Both the position numbers and the translations under genes were made by a program. A stretch of 64,000 bases of DNA. It comes from Phaeosaccion multiseriatum (lineage: Eukaryota; Protista; Ochrophyta, other classes). The notes below the pieces were generated by a model. It was not told the DNA's origin. It did no database searches and saw nothing but the letters and a program-made list of their open reading frames with translations. The stretch spans positions 992,001 through 1,056,000 of the forward strand of contig OZ218960.1 in assembly GCA_965112735.1 (NCBI GenBank). Direction: 5' to 3'. Every line of letters starts with the position of its first letter. The first letter of the stretch is position 1. This document shows positions 36,580-64,000 of this stretch, piece by piece.

Positions 36580-39500
36580 ATGAGTGTCCATGGTGGAACG
36601 CCAGGGGAACCAGCAGCCGCCTCGACAGGAGGATCAATAGGAGGGTCGACAAGAGGGTCGGCAGAAGTACCGATGGGGGCATGGGCAGAGGCGCCGCCTT
36701 TCCCCTTGGAGGAGGATGTGATTGAGAAAGCTCGCTCTCGCTCGTCTCGCTTGGTGGAAGTGCAAGTAGACGAAGCGGGTGCAGTCCTCCCGCTCGAACG
36801 GCCCATCTCCACGTCAGGCGAAGCGGGTCGTGATGCGCTCTGCCTTGACATCGAGTCGCGAGACCCGCAAGGGACAGCTCGAGGCTTGGAGCCTGCCCTC
36901 ATTACCTCCAGCCGCTCCCATACCAACACTGCATGTTCAGCGAGAGGAGGAGGAGAAGGGTCGTTGTCTTCAGATGGGGAGAGCGACGATCGCAGCAGGT
37001 CTACATCCGGATCGGAGCAGGGAGAAGCCGATGGGCGGGCAGCAGAACAAAGGGAGGGAGGGGCAGGGCCACGAGGAGGGAGGGGGGCAGGTAGTAGGGG
37101 ATCAAAAGGAGGGAAGCAAGTGGGAGGAGACCTGATGGAGTGGGTGGAGAGGAAGCTCAGCGTAGTAACGGTTGAGGAGCCCGCGGAAGAGAGGAGACGA
37201 ACACGCAACAGTAGCGTCGCCGCGGCCCAGATACGGGTACGTCCCTTGTGGTCTGCACCCCTTCTTCCGTCGGGCGCGTTCTCTCGGCACCCTCCCATAT
37301 GGAGGAGAAGCCATGTCACGCCCCCCCCCCGCCCCCCCCCTCCCCACGCCCCAAACCCTATAACACTTCTCCTCAAAGCTCACGTCCCTGCCCCCCCCGT
37401 TCCGTGCTGCGTCGAATTACCAACTTCCGCCTCTACCGCAACGAAGATTGCGGCCGAGACGCTCCTCTTTGGACCGGATGAGAAGGCCTCGCCCCGCGGA
37501 CAAGGGCAAGGATGGCCAGGAGGGAAAGGGCAGGTACAGCCCCACCGTCTAGAGATGGCTCTCATGGCTCGCGTGGAGGGAGAACAAAGGGCCCGTGGGG
37601 ACATGTTTTGGGGACACGACCGCGAGGCCTTGAATGAAGAGGCATCGAGAGCTCACTTTAGGGAGGAGGACTGTCTCAGTGCGGAGCTTCGAAGGTATGG
37701 GTGGCAGTGGATGGCAGTACATGGCAGTGGATGGAATGGAGTGGTTATGGTATATGATTGTTTTTTGGTTGTTTGTGGGGAACGGAGCAATGGAGGAGAG
37801 GGAGGAAGGGACGGAGAAAGGAAGGAGGAAAGGGAGGGAGAGAAAAACTACACAAAAATACCCTGACTACACAAAAATACCATGACGAACGAATGAACGA
37901 ACGAACAACGCGATCTGTCCCTCGTCGTCGTCCTCCTCCTCCTCCTCCTCCTCCTCCTCCTCCTCCTCCTCCTCCTCCTCCTCCTCCTCCTCCTCCTCCT
38001 CCTCCTCCTCCTCCTCCTCCTCCTCCTCCTCCTCCTCCTCCTCCTCCTCCTCCTCCTCCTCCTCCTCCTCCTCCTCCTCCTCCTCCTCCTCCTCCTCCTC
38101 CTCCTCCTCCTCCTCCTCCTCCTCCTCCTCCTCCTCCTGCAACAGGCGGGAGAAGGAGCATGCTCTTCGCGAGAGTTGGCTGCAGCAGGAGCAGGCAAGC
38201 CGCCAGCGGTACGACGAGTGCCGGGCGGAGAGGGAGGAGCGCGTGCGCTCTGAATACCTTGCCACCTTCTACACTCAAACTTCCAGCGACTTCGCAGCCA
38301 CCTTCCTGTGGCCCTGTGAAGACGAGTTGGTCTCCTCTGCTGTATCACCGACTGCTGCTGCTGCTGCTGGTGATGGTGGTGTTGGATCGGAGGTGTGGAG
38401 AAAGCATGAAGCCCGGGTAGGGGGCAGTAGTAGTAGTAGTAGTAGTAGTGGTAGCGGTGGTGGTGGCAGTGGCAGTAGCAGGAGTAGCGAGGACTTCGAC
38501 CTACCCCGCCGGGGCCCCGAGAGCAACGAGGAGCCGGATCAGCAGCCACTTCTCCGGCCGCAGCAGCGTGGTACTGGTGCTAGTGAGGGTGTTGCAGGGA
38601 TGAAGAGGAGGGGCAGCAGTAGTCGTATGGGCAACGGCAGTTGCAGTGGCAGGAAGCAGTCTTTCAAGGAGGGCAGAGAGAGAGAGCGAGGGCGAGGCCA
38701 ACAGGGGGGGAGAGGGCAGCGGAGTACGGAGGGGGCAAAGGAAGAGTTACCGCAGAGGCCCCCCTGGGGGGTTAAGGTGCCCCCCCGGGACAGTAGGGAG
38801 GACCGCAAAGGAACAACAGGACCGGCAAAGGACCATCGAGATCGGGGAAACAAACCTAGCGGTGGCAGAAGAACGGGGAGGGAGGGGGAAGGGAGGGGAC
38901 GAGACACAGGACGAGGAGGAGGAGGAGGAGGAGGAGGAGGAGGAGGAGGAGGAGGAGGAGGAGGAGGAGGAGGAGGAGGAGGAGCAGCAGGAGGAGGAGG
39001 AGGAGAAGCAGGAGGGGCGGGGGGAAGCCTGGTGCTGACGGGTAGGCTCGGTGGCATGGAGGCAGGGGAAGCGCGCATCTCGACGAAGGTGAGGAGCCAG
39101 GAGCGAGCGAGGGAGGGAGGGAGGGAGGGAGGGAGGGGGGGAGAGGGGGAGAGAGGGAGGGAGGGAGGGAGAGAGGGAGGGGGGAGGGAGGGAGGGAGGG
39201 AGAGAGGGAGAGAGGGAGGGAGGGAGGGAGGGAGGGAGGGAGGGAGGGAAGGCTTGCTTCAGTGGCGTGTCCATCGTCGGGAACTTGCACCCTCCCTTCA
39301 CTGCAACCCCTCTCTTCGTCCTTTTACCCCCCTGTCTGTCTCGTCTTACCCCGATTCTCATCCGGGTGCTGGTCTTGCCTGTCCCGCGCCTATTCCTCAC
39401 TCTCTCACCCTCCCCTCCCCCCCCCCCTCCTCTCTCTCTGTACCCCCGTCTCCTCCCCTCCCTCCCTCTCTCTCCCGCCCTCTCTCTCTCTATGTCTCGT

Positions 39501-39875
39501 CCCCCCTCAGAGCATATTTCACAGCGGAAGTCGAAAAAAGGCCCACAAAATGGTGCCCTGTGACACCACATTTGCGCACCCAAATCGCCACGCCAGCGGG
39601 ACTGATCGGACTGCAGATGGCTCCAACAACATCAGCAACAGAAGAGGAGAAGGAGGAGGTCCTCGCAAGTCACGGCCTCTGCTTGCTTCCTCCTCCTCTT
39701 CTTCTTCCCTCCCTGCCCTCCGCCTCCATCCGCACCCTCATGCTCAGCAGCAGCAGCAGCTCCAGCTAGGGAAGAAGGTAAGGGATCAGGGCAGTGATAC
39801 CAGAGGAGGAGGAGGAGGAGGAGGAGGAGGAGGCTTGGGCCTTTATCATGCTCATGCTCATCCTCATTCTCATCC

Positions 39876-39912
<37 letters not shown>

Positions 39913-40182
39913 CATCCTCATCCTTATCCTCATCCTCCTCCTCCTCCTCCTCCTCCTCCTCCTCCTCCTCCTCCTCCTCCTCATCCTCCTCCTCCTCCTC
40001 CTCCTCCTCCTCCTCCTCCTCCTCCTCCTCCTCCTCCTCCTCCTCCTCCTCCTCCTCCTCCTCCTCCTCCTCCTCCTCCTCCTCCTCCTCCTCCTCCTCC
40101 TCCTCCTCCTCCTCCTCCTCCTCCTCATCCTCCTCCTCCTCCTCCTCCTCATCATCATCATCATGATGATGATGATCATCAT

Positions 40183-40214
<32 letters not shown>

Positions 40215-40696
40215 GCAGCACGGTAAGGACCCGACAACCCAAGCGGTTCTCTTGACCCCCTTGGGAGGCCTGGGCCCAACGGATGGGGGTGATCCCGGCG
40301 CCATTTTCGACCACAATCGGGGCTTTCCCAACGCAGATTCGGCGGCGGCTGGCGTTTCAGCAGAGCGAGGGGATGCGGTTGCGGGACATGCACAGCTTCA
40401 TCACGAGGAGGCGGCGGCGAGGAGGACTGGGCAGGGCTGGTCGGAGAGCAGATTCGGGGCCAAGTTCAGGCGGTATCAGCACGCCCAGATGCAGAGAGGG
40501 GGGGGTCGGGGGGCGGCGAGAAGTGGTACTCGGAGTGCCGCCAGCATCGCAGGAGGAAGGGGTTGGGATGGTGGCAGTGGAGAGCAACAACCCAACGGGT
40601 ACTTGCATGGCAACATCAAGAGCAGTAGCAACCAAAGGGACGACAACCACCGCCGATTCAACAGTCGCACCGCTGCTGTATCACCAACTGCTGCAT

Positions 40697-40727
<31 letters not shown>

Positions 40728-41889
40728 ACCATCATCATCATCATCATCATCCGCCGCCATCACCGCAGCAGCAGCAGCAGCAGCGGCGGCCCTTGCCGCT
40801 TGGCAATGTAGTGCCGTGAACCCCGGGCGGGAGGAGATGGCAATTCGAGAGGCGTTTGCGGCTATGGATGCGAGGGGCAAGGGGCTGGTGCAAGCAGAGG
40901 TCGCCATGCTGCAGATGGCAACCAATGGCAAGGTATGTTACGTAAGGGGTAGCGTAAGGGGCCGCGCACACCCTCTCCCACTGTATCTATCCGCGCGGGG
41001 GGGGGGGGTTATTGCTACAACACATAACAAGACGTAACTATACACAACACACACCTCAATACCTCATTCCTTCTCATCAACCAGGGAAGCAAGGCTCACT
41101 GACTGACTTAACCATCATTGACTTACTATCACGCCCTCTCCCTCACTTACTACACCCCCATCACCTCCCCGTGCAGATACGGTCCTTGCTGCAAGAGACT
41201 ATGCTGTGGATGCTCCTCAAGAAGCGAAGGTGGAACGATCTCCGCCACCTACTGCTCTTGACGGAGGATGAGGAGGAGGAGGGGGAGGGGGAGAAGGAGG
41301 GAGGGAGCAGCGGTGCGGACACAAGCTGGGCCGCGAAGCAAGAAGAGGCGGAGGCGGCGGAGGCAGAGGCGGCCATGTGGATAATAGAGGGAGGGGCAGC
41401 ACCACCAGCAGTTGGTGACACAACACCAGTTGGTGATACGGCGGCGGAAGGGCGGAGGAGGCGGCGCTTCCTACCTGTGAGTGTTCATGACTTACTTGCC
41501 GCCAATCGGAGGCTTTTCTTGGAGAGAGGAGTCACCAAGCGTTGCATCAGACAACCGCACCAGCAGCAGCGGCAGCAGCAGTTGGTGATACAGCAGCAGG
41601 GAGGCGGGCAGCGGGGCACAGGAGGGGGTGGTTCACAGATGGCAGGGACTGCCCTGGCAGCAGCGAGGGTGGCCGCGGAGGAGGCGAGGGTGAGGAAGCA
41701 GTGGGCTAACATACTGCCTCTGGATGTGGAGGACGGAGAGGAGGTCGAGGTGAGTCAGTCAGTCAGTCTGTCTGTCTGTCAGTCACAAAGGAAGGAAGGA
41801 CGGAAGGAAGGAAGGAAGGAAGTCAATCAGAACGGAAGGAAGGAAGGAAGGAAGTCAGTCAGTCACACACACACACTCTCTCTCTCTGT

Positions 41890-41928
<39 letters not shown>

Positions 41929-43538
41929 CTCTCGTTTCTCTCCCCTCCCCTCCACCTACATGCACCCACGAACAGGTGCTGGCACACAGGGGCTTCCGTT
42001 GGGTGCGCGCATGGGTCATGCGGATAGACAGGGGTGAGGACGGGCAGCAGACATTCTCAGTGCGGTACGTCGATGAGCAGCATCTTCCCGATGAGGACGA
42101 GGAGGAGAGCTTCAAGGAGGGCGCAGGAGAGAGGGCCCGGCAGCTGCAGAGGTTGGCGGTACACGAGACACCGGCAAAGCAGCAGAAGAAAGAGAGTGAG
42201 AAGGAGGAGAAGCGGGGGGGGAAGGAGCAGAGGGAGGAGGAGGAAGCCCTGGCAGGAGCAGCCCGAGGAGAAGGAGAAAGAGAAGGGGAAGACGGGCAAG
42301 ACGGAAAGGAGGAAGGAGCGGGAGACAGTCCAGAGACGGTCTTGTCAGCACAGGTCGAAGTAGCGGCAGCAGCGTCGGCGGTTGGCGATACATTAACAGT
42401 TGGTGATATAACAGAGGCGGCGGGTGGAGCGGCTGGCGAGGGGGTCGGCCAAGAAGCAGCGTCTGGACTGGAGGAGCAAGCAACAGAGCAAGGACGAGAA
42501 CAGGAACAAGCTCCTACTCCTGCTGTATCACCAACTGCTCCTCCTCCTGCTGCTCCTGCTCCTGCTCCTCCACCTGCCCCTCCTACCGCTAACGCTACTG
42601 GTGGTGATGGTGGTGATGGTGGTGATGGTGGCGATGGCTCTGTCGTGGATGAGATGGAGCTCGAGTGGCGGGACACATGCGCACGAGTGAAGCAACTGCT
42701 GCGCAACCAAGCACCTCCGGTGGCGACCTGTAGAGGGACTACAGAGCGAGAGCTCATGGCACAAGTGTTTGCGAGGATTGTGGAGGGAGAGGCCGCCCGG
42801 GAGGAAGCGATGAGGCCACAGGAGAAGGATGAGGAGGAGGAAGAGGAGGAGGTGGTGGTGGTGGTGGAGGAGGGGCGGGGGGGGGAGGAGGAAGGGGGGA
42901 AGGAGGAGAAGGGGGGGACGGAGGAGGAGGAGGAGGAGGAGGAGGAGGAGGTGGGGAAGAAGGGGGAGGAGATGGAGGAGAAAGAGAGGAGAGGACCCCC
43001 TGAAAGTGGCATGCTGAGCAGCATCAAGGTGCACTCTCCTCCATCCCACCCATTTTTGGCCGGTGGCAACTCTCAGTCAGCCCGCCCTACTCTGGAGCGA
43101 GGCATGTCTTCCATGCGGGTGCTAAGGACCACAGCCTCAAATATGAAGGTGTTAGAGGTGAAGCTTGGAGGTGGTTTATCCACTTCACTCTTGCTGGGCA
43201 AGCTGCGAGAGGCTGCAGCAGTTGGTGGTACAGAAGCAAGAGGAGGACGAGGAGGAGGAGGAGGAGGAGGAGCAGGAGCAGGAGGAGCAGAGGGAGGAGG
43301 AGCAGGAGGAGGAGAAAGCGACGACGAAGTGGCTCCTGATGCGCCAGCGGTTCTTGCCGAGTTGATTCGGAGAAGCCCCGCCATGACCGCTTTGACGTGT
43401 GCTCAAGAGCCCGCGTTTGCTCATGCCCTAATGAAGATGCCCACGGTACGGAGGGGCGAGGTGAGCGAGTTGGAGTGGTGCGAGTACGGTGAAGCGCTTA
43501 CGCACATGGTGCTGCTCAACGACCTCCAGCTTCGGTGA
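36580..43538 (+). CDS. Large low-complexity hypothetical protein with coiled coil, EF-hand-like and Tudor/SH3-like segments
   Basis: Long phase-compatible exons (approx. 36580-37236, 37447-37694, 38146-39088, 39511-39777, ~40195-40932, 41178-41749, 41976-43538). Segments EEMAIREAFAAMDARGKGLV, HRGFRWVRAWVMRIDRGEDGQQTFSVRYVD, GEVSELEWCEYGE. Some boundaries uncertain. Confidence 0.6.
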
Positions 43539-44339
43539 CTGGTGATTCGTTTGCGACCAAGGGTGAGGGAGTGAGGGAGGTGATTTGTCATTTGTGAGTT
43601 GTGATAAAATCAAATCGTCGTCGTTCGTTCCCTTGTCGGTCGATCGATCGGTCGGTCGGTCAGTCAGTCAGTCAGTCAGTCAGTCAGTCAGTCAGTCAGT
43701 CAGTCAGTCAGTGAGTCAATCCTAAGAGCTGTACTCGAGACCGGGGGAGACGGGAGATGCGAGATGCTTGCCTTACGTGAGATTACGTACAGTACCCACA
43801 AAGTGTTAGCCATAAGCAATAATGCCACAGCGATAGCCGATAAACCCTTCCCTTCCCTCTTTCATAGTCCATGATCGCTCTCATTTTATAAAACTAATCG
43901 TGGCTCCATCAAAATTGTCTTGTCAAAAAAAAGCTTCAAAGCGGGGATTGCCCCGACCAGAGGAGAAGGGCAGACACCAACCGGGGGCAAAACAAAGCCA
44001 TCACCAACACCACCACCTGCCGTGGCGGGGACATAAAAGTAAAGCCGCCCCTGACCCGAAAGGGGGGCGCCGCCTTTGGCTTGCTCCTCGTGCCCCCCCC
44101 CCCGCCCCCCCCCATTCCCTCCTCCCCCCCTGGGGGCTCTGTCATCGCACTGCCTTGCTTGGTATGTGTAGGCGTTGGCTGTATGCTGTATCATTTCCTC
44201 CTCCTCCACCCCCGGGGCGTGTGTAGAGCCTCTATCCCTTTCTCTTCCTCTCTGGTCTCCTACCCCCTCCGTCTGTGTGCGCATCGTATCGATTCATCCT
44301 CCCCTCCCCCCCCCTCCTCCTCCTCCCCCCGGCATGTGC

Positions 44340-49273
<4,934 letters not shown>

Positions 49274-49861
49274 ACTATCACTCTTTCTGCCCTTCCTAAG
49301 GTTGGCGCTTTTCTCTCAACTCAGTAAAGAGCGTGTTGTGGGAGCGGAGCGAAATCGTCCAAGAACACAAGAACATCCCCACAGATGGCGCCGAATTACA
49401 AACGGGCAAGTTGGAGAGGGAAATATATACTTCTGGCCGGCGCCAGCCGGCCAGCCAGGTTCCAGGTTCTGGGGGAAAGCCATGTAATAAGGCAATGATG
49501 AGGGCCACGGTGCTTCCTGCTTCTGGCCGGCGCCAGCCGGCCTGCTTCCTGCTTCTGGGCTGGCCTGTCTCAGAAGCATGTCAGGGGCCGAGAGAAGAGA
49601 AGATGGCAGGGTAAGATGTTGCCCCGCTCTCTTTCAAATCTCTCTGCTGACGGGACCTTTTTTGGATACTTTGATACTTGATCAATATGACTAAACGAAG
49701 AAGAGGGGCTCTCGCCTCCCTTCTTCCCTCTTCTTTAGACGACGGCAGCACTGATGTGACGGCTCCATCACAAAACTGTCGCAAAACTGGTCATCAGACC
49801 TCTACTCTACTGAAATCTCCTCGAACGTGAAAAGCATATGCGCCCATCTATCCTTCCTTCC

Positions 49862-50138
49862 TTCCATCCATCCATCCATCCATCCATCCATCCATCCATC
49901 CATCCATCCATCCATCCATCCATCCATCCATCCATCCATCCATCCATCCATCCATCCATCCATCCATCCATCCATCCATCCATCCATCCATCCATCCATC
50001 CATCCATCCATCCATCCATCCATCCATCCATCCATCCATCCATCCATCCATCCATCCATCCATCCATCCATCCATCCATCCATCCATCCATCCACCCATC
50101 CATCCATCCATCCATCCATCCACACATCCATCCATCCA
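49862..50138. repeat. (CATC)n microsatellite, intergenic
   Basis: Directly visible; source of the spurious MDGW/PSIH ORFs. Confidence 0.97.
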
Positions 50139-50370
50139 TTCCTCTGTCCCACCCTCACGCATTGTGTGTAGGTACTTTGCTGATTGCTTGGGGGGGTCAT
50201 CCCCGTCACAGCACACACTCGCACACACACGTACACACACGCACACCACTATTACGTACACTTAAGCTTGACTTCTCTCAGCCAGCCTTCTGCATCTATT
50301 CTGTGATTCTGTGTGTAAAATGTATCCTACCTCCCTAAGCAAACCAGCCCGCCCCCAGCTATCACCTTAA

Positions 50371-63686
<13,316 letters not shown>

Positions 63687-64000
63687 TGGACAGCCATTTG
63701 GAGTTGAATTTGAATTTGAATTTGAAGTTGAAGTTGAAGTTGAAGTCGTAGTCGTAGTTGTAGTTGTAGTTGCAGTGACATAGGGGAGGGGGTGGGGATG
63801 GATTAAGAGAGAAGAGGGAGCGAAAGAGTAGGAATTGATCAGTCAGATGTGTGATCAGAGAGGCCACTCAGTCTGTGGCAAGGGCGCTGACTGTAGTAGC
63901 TTCTAACTGTCTCACTAGCCCCAAGAGACAGATGGTGAGAGAGAGACATAGTGGCCAGCCAAACCGACAGTCATACAGACAGACCGACCGACACACCGAC

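Noticed and set aside
63700-63775. Hexamer runs (TTGAAT, TTGAAG, GTAGTT) as possible telomeric repeats
   Set aside because: Short, heterogeneous and intronic; not TTAGGG/TTTAGGG-like arrays.

Overview
Eukaryotic nuclear DNA: gene-dense, with GT-AG spliceosomal introns packed with microsatellites. It probably comes from a flagellated photosynthetic stramenopile (ochrophyte), inferred from a DRC12-like gene and a signal-peptide+Phe plastid-targeting presequence. Most ORFs in the six-frame track are artefacts of simple repeats. I reconstructed 15 spliced or partial genes by hand, in order: 3' end of a GT15 mannosyltransferase, NiCoT/UreH-type nickel transporter, DRC12/CCDC153, plastid DoxX-like membrane protein, NnrU-family protein, a hypothetical protein, RPL38, an intronless FNIP-repeat gene, EME1, a TBC Rab-GAP, an L-type lectin cargo receptor, a two-zinc-module protein, a large low-complexity protein, HADHB thiolase, and the 3' 13 kb of a giant FN3-repeat type I membrane protein. 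The main unexplained signals are these. (1) A dispersed motif CTGTATCACCAAC/GTTGGTGATACAG occurs about 19 times in exons (several reading frames, both strands) and introns. (2) A second motif, GGATGGCAGTGGATGG, is oriented relative to splice sites. (3) Several microsatellites are tandem expansions of the 5' splice site itself. (4) Six consecutive gene pairs are head-to-head. (5) The FN3 receptor shows recent tandem exon amplification and apparent conversion. No prokaryotic systems, CRISPR arrays, tRNA/rRNA genes or clear transposases were seen. All gene models are manual and unverified by transcript data.
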